Positions 1 to 9,947 of a stretch of DNA of 64,000 nucleotides are shown here, piece after piece; position 1 is the stretch's first letter; each line of letters opens with the position of its first letter. The stretch covers positions 69,837 through 133,836 of the forward strand of contig JBAZRV010000001.1 in assembly GCA_041662745.1 (NCBI GenBank), read 5' to 3'. Both the position numbers and the translations under genes were made by a program. This DNA is from Patescibacteria group bacterium (GTDB taxonomy: Bacteria; Patescibacteriota; Patescibacteriia; 2-01-FULL-39-33). Under the pieces are notes generated by a model. The model did not search any database. It worked only from the letters and a program-made list of their open reading frames with translations, and was not told the DNA's origin.

Positions 1-441
1 CTTGACGTGGGATAGCTCGTGGGCAATCACGCCTTCCAATTCCAATTTGCTTAACTTATTGATCGCGCCGACCGTTAAGGCGATTGAAGCATGGGAAGGA
101 TCTCGACCGGTAGCAAAAGCATTGATGGCTTGCTCCGGCATCAAATAAATTTTAGGCAACGGCACGCCGGCGGTAAGGCAAAGATTTTCAACTAAATGAT
201 AGACATAGGTATTGTCGTTTTCCTTAACTTCTTGGGCTTTGGCCGACCACAAAGCCACCTGATCGCCGCCGTAATAACTGAACAACGACATGATAACGGA
301 AAAAACAGCCGCAGCAACAAGAGCGCCATAACCGTAATTGAAATAATAACCGATAAACCAACCGATAAACAGTATGATAACGGTAAAAACAATAATCAAC
401 AGCCAGGTGCGACGCTTGTTGGAATCTATTTGGTTATACAT
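1..441 (-). CDS. htpX: M48 family zinc metalloprotease HtpX, N-terminal part (5' partial; runs off window start)
   Basis: Reverse-strand translation from the ATG at 441 gives MYNQIDSNKRRTWLLIIVF...GVIAHELSHVK, with N-terminal TM helices and the HEXXH zinc motif (HELSH). There is no stop before the window edge. This ORF is not in the supplied track because it is truncated. Confidence 0.75.
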   Translation of the reverse strand, partial: MYNQIDSNKRRTWLLIIVFTVIILFIGWFIGYYFNYGYGALVAAAVFSVIMSLFSYYGGDQVALWSAKAQEVKENDNTYVYHLVENLCLTAGVPLPKIYLMPEQAINAFATGRDPSHASIALTVGAINKLSKLELEGVIAHELSHVK

Positions 442-511
442 AAGCTATAATTCATAAATTCTATCATCTTTATTTTAACAAAATTAAGCCAAAAAATCAA
501 AATTAAAAAAG

Positions 512-540
512 CCGCGCAACAGTTATTGGCTGTTACGCGG
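512..540 (-). terminator. intrinsic terminator hairpin (CCGCGCAACAG-TTATTGG-CTGTTACGCGG) followed by a T-tract on the minus strand
   Basis: An 11-bp inverted repeat lies immediately downstream of the stop of the 557..1294 gene. A near-identical copy occurs at 1483..1511. Confidence 0.5.
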
Positions 541-556
541 ACTAAAGAGTCAAGGT

Positions 557-1294
557 TCAAGGTTTCAAAGGGATCGGTTCGCGGACAACAGCGAAACGCC
601 AAGAACTGTAAAGACGATACTCAAGACTAATCAATGACAAGAGGCGCCTCCCCACATTTACGTCAAGGTAAGCGAAACTGCGATGGCCGGCTTCGTGCTG
701 CCAAATTGATCCCAAAGCGGCAATGGGGTGTAGCCGTTGCAAACCGGGGTGGGCCGCACCCAGAGCCAGCAATTCCGGCAGGGGGGCGAAGCGGTAGCGA
801 TGCTCCGCTCCTTGCTGAGCCAGCCAATCATTGACCTCTTGCAATTTGGCGATGACTTGATCGCCATTGCTGAAATTTTGATTAAACTGGAGTAACTCTA
901 CTCTAATTTTCCTGGTAAGAGGTGAAAGCCTGAAAGAGAAATGACGGTTGTTGATATCCGGATTAAACGCGTCATACTTGCCGGCGGCAATCATCTGTTC
1001 AAGGTCTTGACTGGGATCAACGGTCACATCGTAAATGCCGACAATGCCGACCGGCTGAGGTAAGACGATTTGTTTGGCGGCTCTTTTCATAATTCCAGCC
1101 TCGGCCGGAGTCAGTCCGGCAATCAATTTGGCGATTGCCCGAAGCGTTGAGTCGCCTTCAGGCTGAGCCAGCAAATAAAGGCACTGACCGACATTGCCGC
1201 CGAATTCCTGGATGTACCTAACCAGATTTACAACAACCGTGAGCAACGCGCCCATGGCCGACACCACCGCTTCAACATTCTTCTTTGTCCTCAT
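557..1294 (-). CDS. hypothetical protein (245 aa)
   Basis: Long ORF with an ATG start and an AGGAG Shine-Dalgarno 9 nt upstream. I recognise no motifs. Confidence 0.55.
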   Translation of the reverse strand: MRTKKNVEAVVSAMGALLTVVVNLVRYIQEFGGNVGQCLYLLAQPEGDSTLRAIAKLIAGLTPAEAGIMKRAAKQIVLPQPVGIVGIYDVTVDPSQDLEQMIAAGKYDAFNPDINNRHFSFRLSPLTRKIRVELLQFNQNFSNGDQVIAKLQEVNDWLAQQGAEHRYRFAPLPELLALGAAHPGLQRLHPIAALGSIWQHEAGHRSFAYLDVNVGRRLLSLISLEYRLYSSWRFAVVREPIPLKP

Positions 1295-1482
1295 GATGCA
1301 TTCTCCTATTTGGCCGGTCTCTCATTCCAGCGTTAACGCCAGAACCACGGACCAACCATTTTTAGGTGCAAATTAGCTCTGCCGACATGACAGTTTGCTA
1401 ATATCTAATTATATCATATTTACAATATTTTGTCAATACCTTTATCCACAATACTTTTTATCTAAATTTAGATAATAAAAAA

Positions 1483-1511
1483 CCGCTCAACAGTTATTGG
1501 CTGTTACGCGG
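1483..1511 (-). terminator. intrinsic terminator hairpin, paralogous copy of the 512..540 element
   Basis: CCGCTCAACAGTTATTGGCTGTTACGCGG with a flanking A/T tract, directly after the stop of the 1527..2603 gene. Confidence 0.5.
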
Positions 1512-1526
1512 GTTAAAGAACGGAGA

Positions 1527-2603
1527 CTAATAAGCCGTAGTGCGAAAAACCGGCTGGAATAATTGTATCCGCTGTTGGCAAATCTTTTCAAAACGACAGC
1601 TATTACATTGGGGCTCTTCCATCTCCGGACAATATTTGCGCGCCAGCCACATTAGCTTGTCAACTTCAGCCATGGGCCTGCCGGAAAGAGTAATTACCCG
1701 GTCAACGGCAGCATAAACCGCCAACCTGATCGCTAATTCAATCTCAGCGTCAACCCAAGAACGGGAACTTACGCAATCAGCAAACCGTTCGGCCAAATCC
1801 ACCAGACCGAGCCGCAAAGCCGAACGCATCAAATGATAATCAACTATCGGACGCCACTGCGGACTATCCGGCTCAATCTTTAAAAAATGTTCCGGACGAT
1901 TGGCTAGGGCCATCGCCAACAACGTGGCCTTTTTATTGAACGGATCGTTGAAACCAACGAGATTCAAAGCTAGAAAACTGATAAATTCTGATAATTTCGG
2001 ATATTGCTTAAGAATATCAAGTGATGTTTGAAAAACCTCAGGGAGCTCTAAAAAAGAACGGCCGTAACCGGTTGTCAGAATATACCTTTGTTCCCAATCC
2101 GGAAAAGGCACTGGGCCATTGTCATCGCTGAGAAACTTCACAAAACCGGCCGGTGACAACGAGGCCAGATTGGTTGGCTTAAAAAAATCCGGATTATTGT
2201 CTAACGCCCTTTTAGCCAACTGCCACAGCAAATCGGAACCCTTGATTCTTTTGCCGTTTAAGGTTCCCCAAAGAGGTTCACTGTAGCCAGCGCAATTACC
2301 ATACCAAAAGCCGAATTGCTGGGAACAGACATAAAAGAAAAAATCCACGGTCGACGGGTGATTAAGCGGCGGGTACATGCCACTGGCGACAATCTCTTCG
2401 CCTTGGGCATTGCGAAAACTGTAAAAATTCAAAAAATCCCTGTCCGGTGGCAAGCCCTTCAAATAAGCGGCCAGCTTCTCTACCGCTTCTTCATTGACAA
2501 CGGCAATTTCCGACAATCGCGATAATTCTTCTAATTCCATTTCCGTCGCTTCTTCTGCCGCCTCAGCAACAAGCAGTCTCATAATATCATCCTGACTGTG
2601 CAT
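1527..2603 (-). CDS. hypothetical protein (358 aa from an internal ATG). Possibly a DUF2419 / queuosine-salvage-like glycosylase-fold protein, very tentative.
   Basis: The track ORF extends to 2672, but the ATG at 2603 has a strong GGAGG SD 8 nt upstream. The protein has a C-terminal CxxC...C region and aromatic-rich motifs (FYVCSQQFGFWYG). Confidence 0.5.
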   Translation of the reverse strand: MHSQDDIMRLLVAEAAEEATEMELEELSRLSEIAVVNEEAVEKLAAYLKGLPPDRDFLNFYSFRNAQGEEIVASGMYPPLNHPSTVDFFFYVCSQQFGFWYGNCAGYSEPLWGTLNGKRIKGSDLLWQLAKRALDNNPDFFKPTNLASLSPAGFVKFLSDDNGPVPFPDWEQRYILTTGYGRSFLELPEVFQTSLDILKQYPKLSEFISFLALNLVGFNDPFNKKATLLAMALANRPEHFLKIEPDSPQWRPIVDYHLMRSALRLGLVDLAERFADCVSSRSWVDAEIELAIRLAVYAAVDRVITLSGRPMAEVDKLMWLARKYCPEMEEPQCNSCRFEKICQQRIQLFQPVFRTTAY

Positions 2604-2681
2604 AACCTTGCCTCCTTCCGGTTGTTTTACTAAGCCTGACTGATTATCAAAGTACCAGATTATTTTTATCATGACACCAAT

Positions 2682-2714
2682 AAAAAAGCAAGGCGTTACG
2701 GCCTTGCTTTTTTA
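2682..2714. terminator. bidirectional intrinsic terminator (AGCAAGGC-GTTACG-GCCTTGCT plus T-tract)
   Basis: 8-bp stem with flanking A and T tracts, between convergent or tandem genes. Confidence 0.45.
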
Positions 2715-2727
2715 ATCAAAATTTAAC

Positions 2728-3288
2728 TTAAAATTTAACCTCAACATTCTGTTTTTCCGCCTCATTGGCTTCAAAAAAATCATACTTCTTGAACTTGAGC
2801 AATTGATTGATCAAGTTATTGGGAAAAACCTCAATCTTGGTGTTGAAATCACGGACATTGCCGTTATAAAATCTTCGAGCGGCCTGAATCTTATTCTCCG
2901 TATCGGAGAGTTCTTCCTGCAACTTCAAGAAATTTTGATTGGCCTTCAAGTCGGGGTAACTTTCCGCTAAAGCGAAAATTGATTTAAGGGTATTGGACAA
3001 TTCACCCTCGGCCTTAGCTTTAGCGGCCAAGCCATCGCCGCTGGCCATCGCCGTGTTTCTGGCTTCAATGACTTTTTGCAAAGTCGCCTGCTCGTGAGCG
3101 GCATAGCCCTTGACCGTCTCAATCAAATTGGGGATCAAGTCATAACGGCGCTTAAGCTGGACATCAATGTCCGACCAGGCCTCCTTGGCGCGATTGTTGG
3201 CGCGGATCAGTCCGTTGTACAGCAGTACGACAGCGATAATCGCCACCGCCAAAACAATCAGAACGATCCAAAGAATGTTTAACAGCAT
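2728..3288 (-). CDS. LemA family membrane protein
   Basis: N-terminal TM helix followed by the conserved LemA core (NGLIRANNRAKEAWSDIDVQLKRRYDLIPNLIETVKGYAAHEQATL...AQ). Confidence 0.85.
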   Translation of the reverse strand: MLLNILWIVLIVLAVAIIAVVLLYNGLIRANNRAKEAWSDIDVQLKRRYDLIPNLIETVKGYAAHEQATLQKVIEARNTAMASGDGLAAKAKAEGELSNTLKSIFALAESYPDLKANQNFLKLQEELSDTENKIQAARRFYNGNVRDFNTKIEVFPNNLINQLLKFKKYDFFEANEAEKQNVEVKF

Positions 3289-3357
3289 ATTTTTATTATT
3301 AGAGTTTATTCCTTGATAACTAAGAAAAACTCATTATTAATTTTAGGTAAGCTGAAG

Positions 3358-4884
3358 TTATCGGGCGTATTCGGTCACGCGTTTTTCACGAATGACATTA
3401 ACCTTGATTTCTCCAGGATATTTAAGCTCGGCTTCTATCTTTTCGGCAATATCCTTGGCCATCTTGATTGCGCCCAAATCGTCAACCTCGTCCGGCGTAA
3501 CAAACACGCGCACTTCGCGGCCGGCCTGGATGGCATAGGCCTTGTCAATGCCGGGGAAGCCGAGGGCGATCTTCTCCAATTCATCCAAACGCTGGAGATA
3601 GTTCTCATAACTGTCTTTGCGAGCGCCCAATCGCGCGCCGGAAATAGCGTCAGCAACCTTGACAATAATGCCTTCAAAGGTGGATGGCTTGTCATTATGG
3701 TGTTCAAAAACCGGAGCGATAATATCCTCGGTAATGCCGAATTTTTTGCAAATATCCCGGCCGATTTCCGGATGCGTGCCCTGGACCTCGTGGTCAACGG
3801 CCTTGCCGATATCATGCAACAGGCCGGCCTTCTTGGCCACAGCCACATTGGCGCCCAATTCTTCGGCTAACAGCGCTGACAAATTAGCGACTTCCGCCGA
3901 ATGGTTTAAAATATTCTGGCCATAGGAGGTGCGGTATTTCAAACGGCCCAAAATTTGCACTAACTTCGGATCCAAACCGGTAATGCCTAATTCATAAACC
4001 GTGGCCTCGCCGGCCTTCTTGATATCAATGGCCAGATCCTGCTTGGCCTCTTTAATTGTTTCCTCAATGCGGGCCGGATGGATACGGCCGTCAAAAATCA
4101 ATTTCTCAATCGCCTTCTTGGCGACTTGGCGGCGAATCGGGGAGAAAGACGACAGAGTAATCGCCTGCGGCGTATCATCAATAATGATTTCCACGCCGGT
4201 CAACTGTTCAATGGTCTTGATGTTTCTGCCTTCGCGCCCGATAATCCGTCCCTTCATTTCGTCATTGGGTATGTCCACAACCGATGAGGTTGTTTCGGCG
4301 GCATGGCTGGAAGCGCAACGTTCAATCACCGTAGCCAACAATCCTTTGGCTTTTTTCTCCAAATCCTCGCTGGCCTCATTCTCCAATTTTTTAATGCGGT
4401 TGACCAAATTGTCGGCAATCATGCGTTCGGCATTTTCCAAAAGCACCTTTTCCGCTTCGGCCTTGGTTAAGCCGGCGATCTTTTCCAGTTTCGCCAATTG
4501 GTCTTCCTTGATTTTTTGAACTTCCTCTTTGGCCTTGTTGATCTTATCCGCCTTGTCAGCCAGACTGGCTTTTTGATTCTCCAAATCCAGAATTTTCTGA
4601 TCAAACATGGTTTCGCGCTTTTCCAATCGGGATTTGGCGCTGTCCATTTCCACTTTAACTTGCCTGGCCTCAACCTTGGCCTCATCAATGATTTTTAAGG
4701 ATTTCTCTTGCGCGACCAAAACAAGCTCTTTCTGCTTGGCTTTAGCCTCAATCAGCATTTTTTCAATTTTTGATTCCAAACTGTCTTTTCTTTTTTGCGC
4801 CCAGTTCTTGCGCATGAGGTAACCGCCGCCAAAACCGACCAATAACATCGCTAAGGCGATAACACCTGAAATAATAATTTCCAT
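3358..4884 (-). CDS. rny: ribonuclease Y
   Basis: N-terminal TM helix, a long coiled-coil, a KH domain (IIGREGRNIKTIEQLTGVEIIID) and an HD domain (LLHDIGKAVDHEVQGTHPEIG). Confidence 0.9.
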   Translation of the reverse strand: MEIIISGVIALAMLLVGFGGGYLMRKNWAQKRKDSLESKIEKMLIEAKAKQKELVLVAQEKSLKIIDEAKVEARQVKVEMDSAKSRLEKRETMFDQKILDLENQKASLADKADKINKAKEEVQKIKEDQLAKLEKIAGLTKAEAEKVLLENAERMIADNLVNRIKKLENEASEDLEKKAKGLLATVIERCASSHAAETTSSVVDIPNDEMKGRIIGREGRNIKTIEQLTGVEIIIDDTPQAITLSSFSPIRRQVAKKAIEKLIFDGRIHPARIEETIKEAKQDLAIDIKKAGEATVYELGITGLDPKLVQILGRLKYRTSYGQNILNHSAEVANLSALLAEELGANVAVAKKAGLLHDIGKAVDHEVQGTHPEIGRDICKKFGITEDIIAPVFEHHNDKPSTFEGIIVKVADAISGARLGARKDSYENYLQRLDELEKIALGFPGIDKAYAIQAGREVRVFVTPDEVDDLGAIKMAKDIAEKIEAELKYPGEIKVNVIREKRVTEYAR

Positions 4885-5199
4885 ATTTCTCCTTCTATGA
4901 TGGCAGGGAGAAATCTGCTGATTTTACTTAAATTAGGCAAAAGACGAATTTAGTCGTAAATAACGGGCAAACAGTAAAAAGACGGATAACCCGCCTAAAA
5001 ATTGTTTTATTTCATTTTTTTCGCCCGCTTAAAATACGAGGTTTTCACAAAAGTATTAACAAAATTAGATAAAATTCGTCTTCTTCCAAGTCAGCATGAT
5101 TCCACCCGAACGCTTAATTCTTATTAATTATCTGATACTATTCTATCACAAAAACAGTTGCGGGTCAATCCGGCTGTTTTTCCTGGGTTTTTGCAATAA

Positions 5200-5778
5200 T
5201 TATTGCTTTATCACCTTATCAATCAGGCCGTATTCCAAAGCCTCTTCGGGTGACATATAATAGTCGCGATCAGTGTCCTTCTCAATCTGCGACAGCGACC
5301 GATTGGTATGTTTAGTTAAAATATTGTCCAATTTGCTTTTAATTTTGAGGATATGTTCGGCACGAATCTTGATGTCGGTTGCCTGCCCCTCGGCTCCGCC
5401 CATTATCTGATGAATCATGATCTCGGCATTGGGCAAGGCCAAACGCTTGCCTGTGGTGCCGCCGGCCAAAATCATCGCGGCCATGGAAGCGGCGGTGCCG
5501 ACGCAAATAGTGGAAACATCGGCTTGGACGTGCTGCATGGTGTCATAGATCGCCAAACCGGCAGAAACCGAACCGCCGGGAGAATTGATGTACAGTTTAA
5601 TGTCAGAATTACTGTCTTCATTATCCAAAAACAATAATTGGGCGATAACCGTATTGGCGAAAGCGTCATCAATGGGCGCGCCCAAAAAAATAATCCTGTC
5701 TTTAAGCAGGCGGGAATAAATATCATAAGCCCGTTCGCCTAAAGACGTTTTTTCTATCACTGTGGGAATAAGATACAT
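5200..5778 (-). CDS. clpP: ATP-dependent Clp protease proteolytic subunit
   Basis: Canonical ClpP sequence with the catalytic Ser context [14 protein letters not shown] and the His/Asp region. Confidence 0.9.
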   Translation of the reverse strand: MYLIPTVIEKTSLGERAYDIYSRLLKDRIIFLGAPIDDAFANTVIAQLLFLDNEDSNSDIKLYINSPGGSVSAGLAIYDTMQHVQADVSTICVGTAASMAAMILAGGTTGKRLALPNAEIMIHQIMGGAEGQATDIKIRAEHILKIKSKLDNILTKHTNRSLSQIEKDTDRDYYMSPEEALEYGLIDKVIKQ

Positions 5779-5824
5779 AAAATCAGTTTATAAAATTATC
5801 AGACCCGAAAGCCTTTGGCTATCC

Positions 5825-6775
5825 TCATAGTATCACCAATTCGCCGTTTTTTTCAACCACCTGCCAGGGCGCGGTAAACCCGGCCGCTTTCTTGTGGCCG
5901 CCGCCGCCGAACAAGCGGCAAAAAGCGGCCAAATCAACATCATCGCGCTTGGTGCGCCAACTGGCCTTAACTTGTCCGGTCGACAAACGAAAAACGGCCG
6001 TAGCGGAAACATCGGTAATTACGTTTAAAAAATTAGACAGCCCCTCCACTTCCTCTTCTTGGATCTGGTACAAACGCAAATCATTATCCTTAATATAAGT
6101 AAAAGCCACGCCCAATTCTTGATTGATTTTTAAACGCGACAAGGCCTCGCCCCATAAGCGCAGACCGCCGATAGTCTTATTCTGTATGGCGAAAGAAAAC
6201 AATTGATTGATCTTGACGCCGTATTTAATTAGTTCCGAAGCAATTATCACCGCCTCTGAGTTGGTGGCGGAATTGACAAAGCCGGAAGTATCGCTGATGA
6301 TGCCGGACAATAAGCAAGTGGCGCTGCGGCGATCCAAACGAAAACCGATTGTCTTAAAAAACTTATAAATTATTTCGCAAGCCGAGCTGGCCGAAGCGTC
6401 AATGGCATTGATTGAGGCATAGCCGGAATTGGAGGCGTGGTGATCAAATGCCACCGTTGTCATTCCGGCTAAATCATCGCCGGTCATCCTGGCCATAGCC
6501 AAATCGGCGCAATCCAAAAACACAACCAAATCCCACTGGCGCTTGAGAACCTCCCGATCATTGATTAATCCGTCTATTTTAGGCAAGTAACTAAGGGAGC
6601 TTGGCGCCGGATCCGGCGTATATAAAACATAATCCTTACCCAAGGATTCCAAATATAAACCCAGACTCAATACCGACCCCAAAGTATCCTGGTCGGGACG
6701 CTGATGGCCGACTAAAAGTATCCTGTCAGCCTGCAGAATCAAGCGATCAATTTGTTTAAAGGCTCCGTCTAACAT
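5825..6775 (-). CDS. DHH/DHHA1 family phosphoesterase (NrnA-like nanoRNase / pAp phosphatase)
   Basis: DHH motifs (GHQRPDQDTLGS, DHHASN) and the DHHA1 GGGGH motif near the C-terminus. Confidence 0.8.
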   Translation of the reverse strand: MLDGAFKQIDRLILQADRILLVGHQRPDQDTLGSVLSLGLYLESLGKDYVLYTPDPAPSSLSYLPKIDGLINDREVLKRQWDLVVFLDCADLAMARMTGDDLAGMTTVAFDHHASNSGYASINAIDASASSACEIIYKFFKTIGFRLDRRSATCLLSGIISDTSGFVNSATNSEAVIIASELIKYGVKINQLFSFAIQNKTIGGLRLWGEALSRLKINQELGVAFTYIKDNDLRLYQIQEEEVEGLSNFLNVITDVSATAVFRLSTGQVKASWRTKRDDVDLAAFCRLFGGGGHKKAAGFTAPWQVVEKNGELVIL

Positions 6776-6896
6776 AATAAAGTCAATTGCTTATCTTAAC
6801 GGAATTAGCGGTTCTTGTCAAATGTGGTATAATTAATGGCGTATAGCCGGCGGCGAGCAGGAAGCGGCTGAATATAAAATCAAGCTTATAAACCAT

Positions 6897-7949
6897 ATGA
6901 ATTTAGACAATTTGAAGGCTATCAGATCGCTGGATAAAAGCCAAGTCGCCGAATCCATCGCCAATCTGCCCAAACAACTGGCTCTGACTTGGCAAACGGG
7001 AAAGAAATTCAAACTGCCAGCCGGCCATTTAAAAGCTAAAGCCATCGTGTTCTGCGGCATGGGCGGCTCAAATTTAGCCTCGGAAATGTTGCGGGGAATT
7101 TTTCCTTTTCGGATGCCTTTTATTTTGGTCCGCAACTATAATCTGCCGGCTTTTGTGAACAAAGACACCTTGGTTGTTATAGACAGTTACTCCGGAAACA
7201 CGGAAGAGGCGATCTCTTGCCTGAAAATAGCAATCAAAATAAAAGCCAAGATAGCAGTCATCACTTCCGGCGGCGAACTATTGGCTTTAGCCAAAAAACA
7301 CCGCCTGCCCTGTTTATTATTGGATCCCAAGCTGAATCCCTCGCGCCAACCGCGTTATGACGTCGGTTCGCAGTTGGGCGCCGCCCTGACAATTTTAAAA
7401 AACTTTACCGCCATTAAAGCTGAGGTGGATCCGGCCGCCGCCTTTCTAACCAAATTGGGCCAAACCCTGATGCCGCTGATTCCGGCCAAAAATAATCCGG
7501 CGAAAAATTTAGCTCAGCGATTATTCGGCAAGCAAATCCTAATCTTCGGCGCTGAACACTTAGCGCCTAACGCCCATATTTTAGCCAATCAATTAAATGA
7601 AAGCGCCAAGCAGTTAGCTCATCCCTACGCCATTCCCGAACTTAACCATCATTTCTTAGAGGCACTGGCTTTGCCCAAATCAATCACCAAAAACACCGTT
7701 GTCTTATTATTGTCTTCCGCCGCTTATGCCCCCCGGATCAGCAAAAGAATGGCAGTCACAAAAAAAGTTCTGGACAAACTGAAAATAAAATATCTGACGC
7801 TTGAATCAGCGACTGAAGACAAATGGCTGTCAGCCCTGGAAATACTGGCTCAGGGTAGTTGGCTTAGTTTTTATCTGGCCATGTTAAACAACATCAATCC
7901 GGCGCAAATACCCTGGGTGGATTTCTTTAAAAAAGAACTGAATAAATAA
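6897..7949 (+). CDS. bifunctional phosphoglucose/phosphomannose isomerase-like SIS-domain protein
   Basis: Two SIS-like segments (CGMGGSNLASEML; VIDSYSGNTEE). The size and architecture match the archaeal-type PGI/PMI family. Confidence 0.6.
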   Translation: MNLDNLKAIRSLDKSQVAESIANLPKQLALTWQTGKKFKLPAGHLKAKAIVFCGMGGSNLASEMLRGIFPFRMPFILVRNYNLPAFVNKDTLVVIDSYSGNTEEAISCLKIAIKIKAKIAVITSGGELLALAKKHRLPCLLLDPKLNPSRQPRYDVGSQLGAALTILKNFTAIKAEVDPAAAFLTKLGQTLMPLIPAKNNPAKNLAQRLFGKQILIFGAEHLAPNAHILANQLNESAKQLAHPYAIPELNHHFLEALALPKSITKNTVVLLLSSAAYAPRISKRMAVTKKVLDKLKIKYLTLESATEDKWLSALEILAQGSWLSFYLAMLNNINPAQIPWVDFFKKELNK

Positions 7950-8085
7950 TCCGGCCGGCGGCAACTAACGGCTCGCAAATAAAAATAAAACCGATTCGGC
8001 TGACCGAGTCGGTTTTATAAATTGAGATTTATATCCTGATTGGCAAAGCTTGCTCTAAATGTTTTCTAGCTGCGCTAAAACGAAA

Positions 8086-8466
8086 TTAGTTGATGTTTTC
8101 CAGCTGCGCTAAAACGAAATTAGTTATGGCATAAGCGGCAAAAATAATAACTAAACCGATAACGGCATTATAGATCATCTTCTTGGCTTTTTCCACCTTC
8201 TTTTCGTCACCCTGAGCAGTCATCCACCAGAAGCCGGCATAAATAACGATCAAGACCAGAATCACTCCCAAAACTCCCAAGACAATGCCAATGGCTGTTC
8301 CAATCATTGGCATCAAATCACCACTGCCCAATTGGCTCTCTAATCCGGTTTCATCAAGAAAAGTTCCGAATTCAACGGCGCGAACAAGCAAAGGCGCAGA
8401 TAAAGCCATTACAGACAAAGCCAACGCCAGACCTTGCTTGCCGATTTTTTTAATCATTTTTTTCAT
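8086..8466 (-). CDS. VirB2/TrbC-like pilin-family small membrane protein, paralog 1
   Basis: The track ORF runs to 8664, but the ATG at 8466 (MKKMIKKIGKQG...) has a signal peptide. Two TM helices flank the shared motif IYAGFWWMTAQGDEKKVEKAKKMIYNAVIGLVIIFAAYAI. Confidence 0.5.
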   Translation of the reverse strand: MKKMIKKIGKQGLALALSVMALSAPLLVRAVEFGTFLDETGLESQLGSGDLMPMIGTAIGIVLGVLGVILVLIVIYAGFWWMTAQGDEKKVEKAKKMIYNAVIGLVIIFAAYAITNFVLAQLENIN

Positions 8467-8512
8467 AATTTTTATTTTAGTTATTTTAATGCTAATTTTT
8501 TGGGCTATACTC

Positions 8513-8962
8513 TCAATCAGCAGGGTCATCCGGATTAGTCGGTAAACCTTTGAATTCCTGCGAAGTAACCGCCTGACTGCCGGAGCCGACCCGTTGCAAT
8601 TGATCCAGAACAAAAGCGGTGATCGCCCAAGCGCCGGCCACGATAGCCAAACCGATAACGGCATTATAAATCATTTTCTTGGCTTCATCCACTTTCTTCT
8701 CATTGCCCTGCGCCGTCATCCAAGTAAAGCCGGCATAAATCAGCAGTAAAATCAATAAAATGCCCAAGACACCCAAAACCGCCTTCACTATTCCGCCGAC
8801 AATAACCGGCAAACTGCCCTGGCCTATGCCCTGTAACCCAGTTTGCTGGCCCACTGCGCCCAGATTGGTCAAACCCTCCTTAACCTGCGCCTTTGCCGGG
8901 GCGAGAGCAAAAGCAAAAGCGACAAACAGAATAAAAATTGAAATTATAAGTGTTTTTTTCAT
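8513..8962 (-). CDS. VirB2/TrbC-like pilin-family small membrane protein, paralog 2
   Basis: Signal peptide MKKTLIISIFILFVAFAFA, a Gly-rich TM helix, and the shared motif IYAGFTWMTAQGNEKKVDEAKKMIYNAVIGL. Confidence 0.5.
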   Translation of the reverse strand: MKKTLIISIFILFVAFAFALAPAKAQVKEGLTNLGAVGQQTGLQGIGQGSLPVIVGGIVKAVLGVLGILLILLLIYAGFTWMTAQGNEKKVDEAKKMIYNAVIGLAIVAGAWAITAFVLDQLQRVGSGSQAVTSQEFKGLPTNPDDPAD

Positions 8963-9051
8963 AAGAGGATAAGAGGATAAGAGGAAATTAGCAGATCACA
9001 AAATATTTTATCATCTCCTAATCTCCCCCTAAGGGGAGAAAATAATCTTGA

Positions 9052-9450
9052 CTAAGCTCCGGTACTGCCGACAATCGCTCGCAAATTGCTCATGACGAAC
9101 ATGGCAATGGCATAAGCGGCAAAAATAATGACTAAGCCGATGATACCGGCATAAATCATTTTCTTGGCCTTGTCAACCTTATCTTGTTCACCGCCGGCAG
9201 TCATCCAGATGAAACCGCCGTAAAGGATGATCAAAACCGCGATAACGCCCAAAAAGCCCATGGCTACGTTCAGGATTCCGCCAATAATACTATTGAGGTT
9301 TCCTTGTTCAATCCCGGCCGTGCTGGCTATAAGATCTAAATCAATGTTTTGCACATCATCCTGCGCGCTGACCAAAACCGGCAAAGCGAACATGGACATC
9401 GCCACGACAATCAACATGGAAGCCAATAATTTCTTTAAAGTTTTTTTCAT
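9052..9450 (-). CDS. VirB2/TrbC-like pilin-family small membrane protein, paralog 3
   Basis: Signal peptide followed by LYGGFIWMTAGGEQDKVDKAKKMIYAGIIGLVIIFAAYAI. A terminator hairpin lies at 9014..9031. Confidence 0.5.
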   Translation of the reverse strand: MKKTLKKLLASMLIVVAMSMFALPVLVSAQDDVQNIDLDLIASTAGIEQGNLNSIIGGILNVAMGFLGVIAVLIILYGGFIWMTAGGEQDKVDKAKKMIYAGIIGLVIIFAAYAIAMFVMSNLRAIVGSTGA

Positions 9451-9595
9451 TCTTTGTCACCTCCCTTCCGTGCTTGCAATCGTCAGATTTTTAATTGTGA
9501 TCGCAGCTGCGACATCGCAATACCTTACCCGACAGAAGCAAAATTTAAATTATTATTTTAGAGCACTGTTTTTTATCGGATGATCCCCTTGCTCT

Positions 9596-9937
9596 TTAGC
9601 CGGCGGCGGGAACCAAGATGCTGAACACGAAAGTCACGACAGCATAAGAAGAGAAAATAACCAATAACCCCGCAACAGCCCAAATCATGACGGTCTTGCC
9701 TTTTTTGATATTATCGGCGCTAATGCCGGCAGTCATCCATAGTATGCCGCCATAAATAAAAGACAGGAGAGCGGCGATGCCGACAAGGCCTAAAAGCGCA
9801 TTAATCAGCCGAGCGGCCAGAGCGGGAATCGGTTCGTCTGGCAACTTCAACGGATCAATCAATTGGACCGCTGAAACTGAAAGCGGCAAAATGATAAGAA
9901 GCAACGAGCACAATATTGTCTTAAAAAAATTTTTCAT
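9596..9937 (-). CDS. VirB2/TrbC-like pilin-family small membrane protein, paralog 4 (divergent)
   Basis: Signal peptide followed by IYGGILWMTAGISADNIKKGKTVMIWAVAGLLVIFSSYAV. Confidence 0.45.
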   Translation of the reverse strand: MKNFFKTILCSLLLIILPLSVSAVQLIDPLKLPDEPIPALAARLINALLGLVGIAALLSFIYGGILWMTAGISADNIKKGKTVMIWAVAGLLVIFSSYAVVTFVFSILVPAAG

Positions 9938-9947
9938 AAAATTTTCA

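Noticed and set aside
3313-4822. Several plus-strand and alternate-frame ORFs (3313..3870, 3435..3848, 3617..3925, 4001..4519, 4607..4822).
   Set aside because: They are antisense or out-of-frame within the well-supported rny gene, with no independent signals.
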